The notes under the pieces are model-generated. The model saw only the letters and a list, made by a program, of their open reading frames with translations, had not been told where the DNA came from and searched no databases. This document shows, one piece after another, positions 33,067 through 43,173 of a stretch of DNA of 43,173 nt. Position 1 is the stretch's first letter, and each line of letters opens with the position of its first letter. The translations under genes were made by a program, and so were the position numbers. The stretch is from Stramenopiles sp. TOSAG23-6. Its lineage: Eukaryota. Location of the stretch: the NCBI GenBank assembly GCA_900128565.1, contig LT635933.1, positions 1 through 43,173 on the forward strand. Direction: 5' to 3'.

Positions 33067-34064
33067 ATGTTGGCATTCACTCTGCAGCGATACACGGGTG
33101 CACTTGCAAGTGCATGCCGGCGTTCTTTATCTTCAAAAGCTGTAGCGTTACCTACGCTATCGACAACGGGTGTCTTGCACAGTCCTAGTTTTCGCATGGA
33201 TTATTTCAGTAACGAAAAGGCCCAAGTATCTCCGTGGCATGATATTCCTCTTTATTCCGCAGACCAAAAAGGTACAGTGAACTTTTTATGTGAAATACCA
33301 CGTTGTACTACTGCAAAAATGGAGGTCGATACAAAGTCGCGTTTTAATCCTATTGTACAAGATGTCAAAAACGGAGAGCCTCGTTTTTACCATGGTCCAA
33401 TATACTGGAACTATGGATGTTTACCTCAAACGTGGGAGGATCCAAACGTAAAAGACGATATAGTAGGATGTTTCGGGGATAATGATCCCTTAGATGTTGT
33501 TGAAATTGGAACAGAAGAGTGTGAGATGGGTGGAATATATAGTGTGAAGCCATTGGGTGTTTTGTCCATGTACGTTTTTCATCATGATTTTTATTTTGTA
33601 TTTTGTATGAAATTCCGTACGTAACGATTTTTTTTTTCGTAAAAAAAAAATATTTTTTAGAATACATGATTGACGACGGTGAGCTCGATTGGAAACTAAT
33701 TGCAATACGTGTTGATGATCCACTTGCATCAAAAATCAATGATGTATCCGATATTGAACATGGAGTTGTATCGGGTATACGCGAGTGGTTCCGATGGTAT
33801 AAAGTTGTACGTTTTCACTATAATTTCAAATTTATATTTTTTCATACGAAAATTTGTACCTAACGATTTTTTTTGTTTTGAAAATATTTTTTCAGAGTAC
33901 TTCCTGACGGGAAATTACCGAATAGTTTTGGTCATGACGAACGCGCCCTTTCAGCACTTGAAGCTTTTCAAGTCATTAAGGACACCCATATACACTGGAA
34001 AGAACTTGTTGCTAGACAATCTAATCCAGGAAAGTTATGGTTACCAGATATTGTTGAAAATTAA
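33067..34064 (+). CDS. PPA: Mirror copy of inorganic pyrophosphatase (introns 33570..33667, 33807..33902)
   Basis: Reverse complement of 9110..10107. Confidence 0.93.
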
Positions 34065-34268
34065 TTTTGTTATTTCAATGTTGTGTACAAAGAATATCTT
34101 TTTTGTGATGGATTTTGGAACGATTCCATTGTGTGTGAACTATTAACTTTTTTTATAAAATAATATATGATATAAATAGTATGTTTGCAAAAGGGTAAAT
34201 AATAAATCCGACTATACNTGCATATANTTTTTTTACGNTTTGTNATGATTGATTTGTCATGGTTAATT

Positions 34269-34616
34269 TCATATTGACACGTAGTTTTCATTCCACTTAG
34301 AGCCAGATTCAATCACATCTACAGCTTTTTTCCTCTCTATTTCTGGTACACGTGGGTTGTTGAGAGTTACTTCTAAGTCTTCCATATATTCTTCCAGGGT
34401 AATTGAATCTTTATTTCGATTTGAAAAATCTATTTGAGAAGTTGAAAGACCTCCTATTAACTGTAGTCGTCGAAATAAATAATCTTTCGTAACTTCACCT
34501 GAAGGAGAAGACTCTTTGAACCTTGCATAACTTTGTTCAAGACTTTGAATTTGTGATTTGCTTAAAGAAGTGGAAGCATTGTCATGCCTACAACATGTTG
34601 AGCTTTGAGAACCCAT
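34269..34616 (-). CDS. Mirror copy of small acylated EF-hand-like protein
   Basis: Same translation as 8558..8905. Confidence 0.58.
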   Translation of the reverse strand: MGSQSSTCCRHDNASTSLSKSQIQSLEQSYARFKESSPSGEVTKDYLFRRLQLIGGLSTSQIDFSNRNKDSITLEEYMEDLEVTLNNPRVPEIERKKAVDVIESGSKWNENYVSI

Positions 34617-34881
34617 TCTACACTTTTAATAAGCGTAATTTTGAATATCAGTGTTGTTTTATATTTAATAAAATTGTGTTTACTTTGTAGAGTTTGACAA
34701 CAGTAGTAAAATAAAACAGCGGGGAGAGAAAATCTCCGATGGTGATATTTTGTCGTAACCGCAAACAAACGCTATCAAGTTTAGGTACTACTGGATCAAC
34801 AAAAAGATATACCTGTAGTAACATATATATTCCTGTTTTGTCTGCTACTTTTTTTTATTAACAAAGCATTCAATCATAGTC

Positions 34882-36329
34882 ATGTATTTAATAAACACAA
34901 CTGCTGGATCCCCTAAAAAAGGTCTAGGAAGGGCTGTGAGTTCTATTGCAGCTAGTCCAGAAACGTTAGCCGCATACAAAAAAGTAAATAAGACGCAACA
35001 ACTTGGACGAAATAGCCCAAATGAAGATGGCTTGCGTATTGTCGTGGATGATCCCTCCCTGGAACTTACCTCTGGTGAAAGTAGTTCCCAAGAGGAACTC
35101 GAAGTTTGTCTAACACCTGCATCGGCTAAAAAAAAACCATTTTCGCCGCTTTCAGCTTCAGTGAGTAAGCAATATACTCCCAGGTCTAGTCGAAAACAAC
35201 AAGCTCAATATAATCGAGGAAAAGATTGGGTGGAAATGGTGAAAAGTTTACCCGGTAATAGTACTTGTATAGACTGTGGTGCTAAAAATCCGGAATGGTG
35301 TTGCGTATCTTTTGGTACCCTTGTTTGTCTTGAGTGTGCTTCGAATCATAGATCACTTGGTGTCAATATTAGCCGTGTTTTAGTACATTTTCAAAATTGA
35401 ATTTCGAATTTTTTTTTCGTTTAAAATGTTGTACCTCACAATTTTTTTTTTTTAAATATTTTTTTACAATACTTCACCTCACCATGGATAGTTTTGCAGC
35501 AGGTCAGTATATTCGTATAATGAGTGAAAATGGTAATAAAAGGCTTTTAGACTTTTTTATGTCATCCGGTACGTTCAATTTCGAATTTATTTTTTTCATA
35601 CGAAATTTCGTACCTAACAAATTGTACAAAAAAAAATATTTTTTTCATCATTTTTTTAATCTTTTTTTCGTACCAATTTCTGTACCTAACGAATTTGAAA
35701 TGTAAAACATATTTTTCATCAACACATGCGTTCCATATGACTTACCAACACGGACGAAATACACAACGCACCAGGCTCAACAATATAGAGACAAAATTTT
35801 AGGGTTTGCTGATGGCGTCTTACCGACGTTCACAAATATTGCACCGTATACTTCACCAGAAGAAAATGTATGTTTTAATCGCGGATTTTTTTTGTTTTTT
35901 TTTTTGGTACGAAATGTTGTACCTAACGATTTTTTTTTTCCACAAAAAAAAAAAAAAAAATATTTTTTTCACATTACAAAGTCATACAATTTGGAATCAT
36001 TTAAAAATGTTGGATAATAGTTCGATTGACAAAAGTTTTAACAGGAAACGAATTGGATCTGAAAATTGTTTTTCTACAGAAGATTTGGAAGCAATGAATA
36101 TCGGAAGTCCAGATACAGATGTACGTTTCCATCATTCATTTCAAATTTTTTTTTTTTTTATAGTAAATCTTGTACCTAATCATTTTTTGTACGGAAAAAA
36201 AAAATATTTTTTACAATACATGGATACATATTTCCAATTCATTGTAGTGCAATTCGTACACTGGGATATTATACATTACGTAGATTATGTAATTGTTTAG
36301 TGATATCTGGAAAACGAGATCAAGCGTAA
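34882..36329 (+). CDS. Mirror copy of ArfGAP (introns 35383..35474, 35569..35727, 35868..35979, 36121..36221)
   Basis: Reverse complement of 6845..8292. Confidence 0.86.
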
Positions 36330-36663
36330 AGATTTTGGTAGGAGATGCAAAAAATGTTGTTTATCATCAAATATTTATCTGAATGAATAAATAATAAAAA
36401 TTAATAATATTATAACTTTTTTTTTTTACTGTATCACCGCGTAGAGGGCAAAACGTTAACTTCTAACAGGGGGCGGAAGCCCACTGGTTTATATATAATC
36501 TAGAAACGCAAAATTAAGTTCAAAATTTTGCAATATCCAGATAAAAAGTGAGTGTAGAATGAAACCCAATACATGTTGAATTGTATAGCTTTGGGGTATT
36601 TATTATTATATAAAATATAGAAAAAAATGAGAATCTTTGATGCTTGTTTGGTATTGCTTTGGA

Positions 36664-37887
36664 TTAGTCACCTCTTAAGAGAGGAATGCAATAAATTTGA
36701 TCCCCGTCTTCCAATTTATGATCGCTTACAGTACTATGCTCTGGCCAGTGGTTATAGTACCCATTTAGAATAAAACGAAACGCTGATCTCTGGGTGCCTC
36801 TTCTTCCCGCATAAGCTTTGAAAATGACCTCCATTTTTGTGTTTTGCTTAACTTTGAAAAACCTTTCTTCTCCAGTCTGATCCTTAATACGAATAGTAAT
36901 CCCATCATTTTTGTTTTCTACTCGTGCTTTTTTTTCATCCTCAGTAGACCTTTGCTTATTCTCTTCTTGTTCACGCTTTCGCTTGCCCCATGACTGCAAC
37001 CTTGACGACGATGATGACGGTTCATTGATTGATCGATGTGATGCCTCCCATTCTTGATTGAATTGAAATACAGTTTTACCATTTGCCAACACAAAATCAG
37101 ACGGGGCTCGTAGACGTAGGACAATTGAATGACGCGACTCATGTTGCATTATCACACGGTGTTTCGTAGGAGATGGTAAGGACTCTTTCAGCTGTTTGAG
37201 CAATGCACCAGGGAAAATGATCACATTCGGTTCATTCAATTGACCACCACCGTCATCAGCCGGTCTCCATTTATCACTATTATTGACTTGCAATCCACTA
37301 TTGTGAGGTGCATAAATTACTGTGAGCAAGCCTCTGTCCGTATGAGCCTCTGCTCCAGAGGATACTTCTTCAGTTGAGTTATTCTCGTTGGAGGCGTTGG
37401 CATCTTGATAATACATTATGGAGGCAAGACGGCTCTCACTTGAATGCAGATCTTCTCCTTCGAAATCATTGAATAGTTGATTTAGCTTATCTTCGCCTAA
37501 CTTTGCATGTAGTCCAAGCGCAGTCATTACAAGTTTACCAACCTCTAGCAAAACTTGCATTGCCTTACAATCTTTCTTTACTGAGACTGATACTTCGTAT
37601 TTTTCCTTCAGAGGACTAATTTGTGTATGCTCAGATATTTGGTCTTTCAAATCTATTGAAAGTTTGAAGAGGTGGTCGTCAGCCGTAACTTTGTCCCTCA
37701 TAGCAGCTGCTTCTTCCGAAGAGAGCTTGATCATACAGTAGCCGAGCTTTTCCATGTCGTCAAGGAGTAGCTTGGCACTACGGATATAGTCCATCTCCAG
37801 CATATCGGGGACCTTGAGATCAGATATCTGGAAACGTCCCCTATTGAAAGTTTCATTCAATCCAGAGTCTACACATTCTTCTGGCAT
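36664..37887 (-). CDS. Mirror copy of 2OG-Fe(II) oxygenase-SUMO-like fusion
   Basis: Same translation as 5287..6510. Confidence 0.83.
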   Translation of the reverse strand: MPEECVDSGLNETFNRGRFQISDLKVPDMLEMDYIRSAKLLLDDMEKLGYCMIKLSSEEAAAMRDKVTADDHLFKLSIDLKDQISEHTQISPLKEKYEVSVSVKKDCKAMQVLLEVGKLVMTALGLHAKLGEDKLNQLFNDFEGEDLHSSESRLASIMYYQDANASNENNSTEEVSSGAEAHTDRGLLTVIYAPHNSGLQVNNSDKWRPADDGGGQLNEPNVIIFPGALLKQLKESLPSPTKHRVIMQHESRHSIVLRLRAPSDFVLANGKTVFQFNQEWEASHRSINEPSSSSSRLQSWGKRKREQEENKQRSTEDEKKARVENKNDGITIRIKDQTGEERFFKVKQNTKMEVIFKAYAGRRGTQRSAFRFILNGYYNHWPEHSTVSDHKLEDGDQIYCIPLLRGD

Positions 37888-38243
37888 GGTCTATAAAATC
37901 AAAGATTTAATTGCATTAAGTCAAGGCAATTTCTGATTTTTTGCAATCTAATTGTTGGTTCCTATATTTACCTATTTCGAGGACGAAAGTTCGATATATT
38001 TTTTATGCAAAAACTGAAAAACTCGTGCCGTGTGATCGTGATGACATTGTCGATCAGTCAAAATTGGAAGTGTCGAAGTAAGTCGAAGTTACGTGGGTTA
38101 GCCTACGTAGTATATACTAGAACTTAAATCCTGTCTGCACTCTGCGCAGCAACAGCGACAGCAAGTAGTTTGTGTGGCTACTGATAGTTGTATTATAATC
38201 ACCACCTTAATATATAATAGTTGGATTGTGTCTGTTTTTGTTG

Positions 38244-38891
38244 ATGAGTATGGTTAGCGTTGGATCGGGTCTGTTTTTATTGAAGAGTTATTTTAGTAAA
38301 GAAAAAGAAAAATCCCATACGATTTGTTCTATAACTCTACTGAGTATTTTTTTGTTCACCGTTTTTACTGAAGTTGCTATCTATTTGGTTCATTCGTGGA
38401 CTTTAAGCTACAATCAGACAGATATTGAGTTGAATGAAAGAATTCGATACTTGAAGAGAGATTCTCGACACTTTGAAGGCCCAAGTGATTTCAGCGTTGG
38501 TGCAAAGTTAAATCGACAACGTAATAAGTTGGAAACACAAAAAATGGAAGCCCGACGTATCAAAACAAAAATACGATCCTTTGGTAATAATGGTATATTG
38601 TCCATGGTTCCTAATGACTTTAAAAAGCGGGGTTTAGACTTTATTATATTAGTCCCTTTAGTATACATTTACTGGGGGTGCCCACTAGCACCGTCACCGT
38701 CTATTTGGATGGGACCATTTAGTTGGATACTTTCTTTCCCTGATGTTCCAAAGAACACAATCAGTGTACTTGCATGGTTTTCCTTGTGTCGACTCTTTAT
38801 AACAATTGTACGAAGATTAGGAGTACTAACACGAATAACTAAATTTCTGAGAGGTTCTTTATCAAGTTTAGGTTTTTTTTATGTCCGCTAG
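38244..38891 (+). CDS. GET1: Mirror copy of GET1/WRB-like protein
   Basis: Reverse complement of 4283..4930. Confidence 0.68.
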   Translation: MSMVSVGSGLFLLKSYFSKEKEKSHTICSITLLSIFLFTVFTEVAIYLVHSWTLSYNQTDIELNERIRYLKRDSRHFEGPSDFSVGAKLNRQRNKLETQKMEARRIKTKIRSFGNNGILSMVPNDFKKRGLDFIILVPLVYIYWGCPLAPSPSIWMGPFSWILSFPDVPKNTISVLAWFSLCRLFITIVRRLGVLTRITKFLRGSLSSLGFFYVR

Positions 38892-38983
38892 AACGAAATA
38901 AATGACAAAGATGAAAAAGTTCAGCACTATTAGAATTTCTAATTTAAATAAATTATGATAAAATGAAAATGTATTATAAACAT

Positions 38984-39901
38984 TCAAGAAGATACAATCT
39001 TCAATTGTGCAAATCGAACCACTCTACGCTTTCTAGGGGATTTTGGTAACTTTTTAGCAGTTTTGGTAATTTTTTGCTTTCGTCGTTTGTTTTTATGTCT
39101 TGAGCTTTTAGGTCTATTATTCAAGACCGGTAAAGCAAGTTGCTCCCCCGTCCTAGTTTTAGATTTTTTTCTACTATCGTTTTTCTGTGAATCTTGGATT
39201 TTCTCTAGTACTACATTTTGTTTATGATTATTAGGCTTCTTTTTTATAAACTGTTCTTGGTCTCTATTATTTTTCTTCATTGTTATTTTTTTTTTTTCTT
39301 TCTTGCTACGGATAGCTTTTTGAGCTGTGTGCATAGATTTCATTGTAGATTGCATTGCATATAGTGAAACCATCGCGGCATTACCACTGGCCTTTTTCGC
39401 ACGAAATGCCAATGCTTTACTAGCTTTCTTTCGTTGATACGTTCGACGCTCTTTATCCGTCATTAACGCAGAAGCAACTTCCATTTTAAGATTTACAATT
39501 TCGTCTTCTTTGTTTTTTTCATCATATTCATATTTTAAGAGCTGTACTCTATTGACCTCTTCAATGCATAAATGATATGATTTGTAGGATTCTACGGCTG
39601 ACCAATGTGCAGAAATTGCTGCCTCATTTGCGTATTTTGAAGCTATTGCTGTTGTTTTCTTGATCATTATTGTTCTAAATTTGCACTGCTCCAAAATTTT
39701 TTTTTGAGCATCCCTTTCTCCTTTATTTTTCAGGAAAAACGCGCATCGATCTGCTGTAAACCATGCACTATCACTCGATGTTAGTGCGTGCTTGGCGGCA
39801 AAGATACTTGCAGATGCAGCTAGAGCAGCTGACTTTTTATCTCTAATAAACCCTCTGACACGGGCTCGTCTGATACTATCAAGTCTATCGGTGTTTACCA
39901 T
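38984..39901 (-). CDS. Mirror copy of Ala/Lys-rich hypothetical protein
   Basis: Same translation as 3273..4190. Confidence 0.7.
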   Translation of the reverse strand: MVNTDRLDSIRRARVRGFIRDKKSAALAASASIFAAKHALTSSDSAWFTADRCAFFLKNKGERDAQKKILEQCKFRTIMIKKTTAIASKYANEAAISAHWSAVESYKSYHLCIEEVNRVQLLKYEYDEKNKEDEIVNLKMEVASALMTDKERRTYQRKKASKALAFRAKKASGNAAMVSLYAMQSTMKSMHTAQKAIRSKKEKKKITMKKNNRDQEQFIKKKPNNHKQNVVLEKIQDSQKNDSRKKSKTRTGEQLALPVLNNRPKSSRHKNKRRKQKITKTAKKLPKSPRKRRVVRFAQLKIVSS

Positions 39902-40290
39902 TTCCAGGATTTCCTAAAGCAGCATACTAGAGATTAGGATTTTATATATTCTTGGTTTTGTATTTAACGGAGTGATGTTATCACTACAATACTACACCTT
40001 GTAAGTGGTACCGTAGGGTATATGTTCTATAGCTAGTGTTTAATTATTAATTAAAAAGAGTTTACAAATTGAAACGGGATTTTAAATTTTGACGGTTACA
40101 ACAAATAAAACGGATCGTCCGTAAAGACTGAAAAGCTTACAGTAGCTATTCTAAGTAGTATACTACGTTTTTTATCGACAGAATATTTCGATGTTGGGCG
40201 TAGTTAAAGACAGTAAATAGTATGGTGTTATTTTTTTTAATGTTGTAGGCTTACACCCACTCAAACATTAGCACTGCTGAATAAGTCACG

Positions 40291-41961
40291 ATGTTAGGGA
40301 ACGACCTAGGCCTTTGTCTCGTAGGAAGTTCAATTGGTGAAAAGAAGAGAAAACCAAACCGTTTACGAAAGGCTATAGCCAAATATTCTGGAAGGTACTC
40401 AAATCGGTTACAAACACTAACCGCTAGGGAAGTTCAAACAGATAACCTGCTTCAGCAATCATTTTCAAGTCAACCAGGACGAGCACTATACATTGAAACT
40501 GTACTTGACGCGGGTCGTCCACCAAGGTCTCCAGCAGTTCCAAGGAAATTTTCAGGAAGTAATTTTACTGAAGATACTATAAATATTAGTGAAACAGTGA
40601 ATGAAAAACGTATCAAACCTTTCCATGTTGAAACAAAACCTCCAGAGTTGATTGATATAAACTCCACCTTTAAAATACCAGGCATTAAACCAAAAGAAAT
40701 AGACGCAGACTACGGTGGCGAAATGCGTGACGCATGTGAATGGATGACTAAACAATGGCAATTTCTTGAACAAGATAGTGACCTACAAAAACTTGCATGG
40801 TCTGAACATGTAGAGGATTGTAAAGTGGAGCAGGAGAAGCCAAAAAAGTATTCAAAGTTTTTTCTTCAGCCTGATAGAGATTCTCTTAGAGAAAAATCAA
40901 ACAGTACAAAGAATATGAGTAATAATACTCTTAACAATGACAATAATAATGATAATACCAGTAATAGTAGTTCTACATCTTCAACTCCAACGATAAATGA
41001 TAGTGCCGAAGAAATCGTATCAATGCCATTTCGGAAGAATAAGACTAAAAAGAAACAAAAACGAAAAAAATCGAAATCCATAAAGAAAATCTCAATTGAT
41101 AGTGTAAAACATATAAAATCCATAAAGAAAATCTCAATTGATAGCGTAAAACATATATATCGTAGAAGTGCCACTAAAGAAATGGCTCACACGAAAAGTA
41201 GTGCTTCTAAACAACCATTATTTCGGTCTTCACAAACTGCTAGTTTTTATAAAAAAACACAAAAAAAAGTTGAATTAGATTTTTCAATTCAATCACAGAA
41301 AAAAATAATTGGATTTGCGCGAAAACCAAATGTTAAAGGTTTAGTACACAAAATTAGATCGCTTGCTAGTCAATCTCATATTGTCCGCGTGCAACAACAA
41401 AGACAAAAACAAGACTCTAATGAAAAGGCAAAAATTGAACAAGCTAGAAAGTTAGCACAAGATAGAATTATTGCATCGAAAATGTCATTTGAAGCAAATA
41501 AAACAATAGATATAGAGAATGAAAAACGACGTCAAAAATATTCATTGATTGATGTGGAAGCAGAACGAATCAAAGCCGAAGAAAGGCTTCGTGTAAGAAA
41601 CGCCAAGAAGCTTTCAATCTGTGTCCAGGCATCACTTGAAAAGCAACAAAAAAAGCTATCCCAAGAAGAATTAGCACAGCTTCGACTTGAGGCACAAAAA
41701 AGAATTAATTTACTTGGGAGACAACGTGAAGAGGAGAAAAGAAAAGCTACACAAAATTTTCATGAACAGCGTAAAGTCAAGAGTTTAGAAAGAGAAAATA
41801 GAAGAGAAAAAAAGGCACAGAGACGTGGGGAAGTATATGCTCTAAATAGGATAATGGAATTATGGAATCAGAGACAATATGAAAAGTATTCCAGAAGTAA
41901 ATCTAAAATTACAGAAATACCTACAAAGTCTGATAACAGACAAAATGATAATAAAGAATAA
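40291..41961 (+). CDS. Mirror copy of coiled-coil hypothetical protein
   Basis: Same translation as 1213..2883. Confidence 0.78.
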   Translation: MLGNDLGLCLVGSSIGEKKRKPNRLRKAIAKYSGRYSNRLQTLTAREVQTDNLLQQSFSSQPGRALYIETVLDAGRPPRSPAVPRKFSGSNFTEDTINISETVNEKRIKPFHVETKPPELIDINSTFKIPGIKPKEIDADYGGEMRDACEWMTKQWQFLEQDSDLQKLAWSEHVEDCKVEQEKPKKYSKFFLQPDRDSLREKSNSTKNMSNNTLNNDNNNDNTSNSSSTSSTPTINDSAEEIVSMPFRKNKTKKKQKRKKSKSIKKISIDSVKHIKSIKKISIDSVKHIYRRSATKEMAHTKSSASKQPLFRSSQTASFYKKTQKKVELDFSIQSQKKIIGFARKPNVKGLVHKIRSLASQSHIVRVQQQRQKQDSNEKAKIEQARKLAQDRIIASKMSFEANKTIDIENEKRRQKYSLIDVEAERIKAEERLRVRNAKKLSICVQASLEKQQKKLSQEELAQLRLEAQKRINLLGRQREEEKRKATQNFHEQRKVKSLERENRREKKAQRRGEVYALNRIMELWNQRQYEKYSRSKSKITEIPTKSDNRQNDNKE

Positions 41962-42002
41962 TTCAGTTCATTTTAATACTATTGTATTCATTATTTTATT
42001 TT

Positions 42003-43163
42003 TCAAATAATATACATAAATAATGTTGCCGCAATAAGGATTAAAATACTATAGGATTTCTTACTACTACTACTACCTTCTTCATCGTGATTTACTAATA
42101 TTTCACTTTCTTTTGTTCCTGTTTGACCAAAATTGGAAGAATCATCCTTCTTTTTATCCTTTGAATCATCAGAATTAGTATTTTCATCTCCATCTGGTTT
42201 TGTAACATCCGGAGTGTTATCAGTCATACCATAAACACCATTTAACAATTTCCAGTTTTTCCCACAAGCACCAGGTTCATGACCACAACAGTACGTCAAA
42301 CCTGGACATCCACTTTTATGTCCATCGCATTTCACCTTATCTGCAGAAGCAGCATCACATGGCATCTTGTGTGTATATAATATAATGTAAATTGTTCGAT
42401 AAATGAATAAAGAGTGATACTACAAAATATCATAATTAATTTCAATGTATTAAATACTTCGTACCATGCATATTTGTTCTTGATGAGCCCCACTTTTACT
42501 AGGAGATGATGTAAGACCTCGACACAGCCAGGGATCTAGAAATGACCCACCTACACATTTTTGCTTTGGTTGTCCAGTATTGGAATTTCTCAAACTATTT
42601 CCACAAATAAAACTTTGTATACCAGGATAGCCATCTAGATTTGTTTCACAGTTATACTCAGTAGGATAACAATCTGAACTCATTGCATTTGTACAAAGTT
42701 TGCACCCCTTGGAACATGAGCCATGTATTTTGGAAAAATATTTCAAAATGTTTTTTCGTTAGGTATAAAATTTCGTACGAAAAAAATTCAAAATTAAAAA
42801 AAATAAAACACACAGTGTCTGGATTTGGAGGTTCACAAGAATACTTGACTTCCTTTTTGAATCCCCACTCTTTCAAGGCATCCTTGATTTTGTGTCGCAC
42901 ATAGCATGAACAAATATTTTCAGAGTTTGAAATTTGTTAGATATGAAATTTTCTATAAAAAAAATAAATTTGAAATTCATGATCAAAATGTACATTGGAT
43001 ATAGAAGTGATATTGCAGAACCAGTACTCTCACATCGATCTTCTTCTGGACATACACTTTTAAAAGGTTCAACAAAATTACTTTCTATCCATGTCGGAGC
43101 AGTACCTTTACTCTTTGCGNCAGAACTTGTTGTTTTACTTTTATGGCATCCAGTATGAAACAT
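42003..43163 (-). CDS. Mirror copy of Cys-rich surface protein (introns 42899..42993, 42723..42813, 42366..42464)
   Basis: Reverse complement of 11..1171. Confidence 0.68.
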
Positions 43164-43173
43164 GTCGTATCAA

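Larger units (their letters stand above)
21615..43173. repeat. Right arm of window-wide inverted repeat (reverse complement of 1..21559)
   Basis: A-run 21615-21634 mirrors T-run 21540-21559; window ends are reverse complements (ttgatacgac / gtcgtatcaa). Confidence 0.98.

Noticed and set aside
21615-43173. Second arm as independent evidence or as the TIR of a giant element (Polinton or virus)
   Set aside because: Copy includes identical Ns; no polymerase, integrase, capsid or transposase; all counts use one arm only.

Overview
AT-rich, gene-dense eukaryotic (protist; stramenopile-like is only an inference) DNA. The whole window is one inverted repeat: position i mirrors 43174-i, arms 1..21559 and 21615..43173, with a 55-nt homopolymer spacer. 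Even the five N bases are mirrored, so it is most likely an assembly fold-back with about 21.5 kb of unique sequence. That sequence holds 12 genes or gene fragments: Cys-rich surface protein, two hypothetical proteins, GET1/WRB-like, 2OG-Fe(II) oxygenase-SUMO-like fusion, ArfGAP, small myristoylated EF-hand-like protein, family I pyrophosphatase, 1799-aa HMG-box/EF-hand protein, truncated XPC/Rad4, secreted ankyrin protein and a partial gene. The main result is a family of related 91-159-nt insertions that behave as introns but do not end in AG. Consensus: NN|GTAYRTTT...TTTCRTACGAAAWTTTGTACCTAACGA-Tn-An-TATTTTT-YAN-NN-TAY-NN|. Of 15 complete introns inferred per arm, 13 need a non-AG 3' end (mostly AT) to restore the frame and conserved motifs in PPase, XPC and ArfGAP. 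The terminal dinucleotide usually repeats the last two exon bases, like a 2-bp target-site duplication around GTA...TAC ends. This points to an Introner-like element family spliced at non-canonical acceptors. Splicing is inferred from reading frames only; there is no RNA evidence here.
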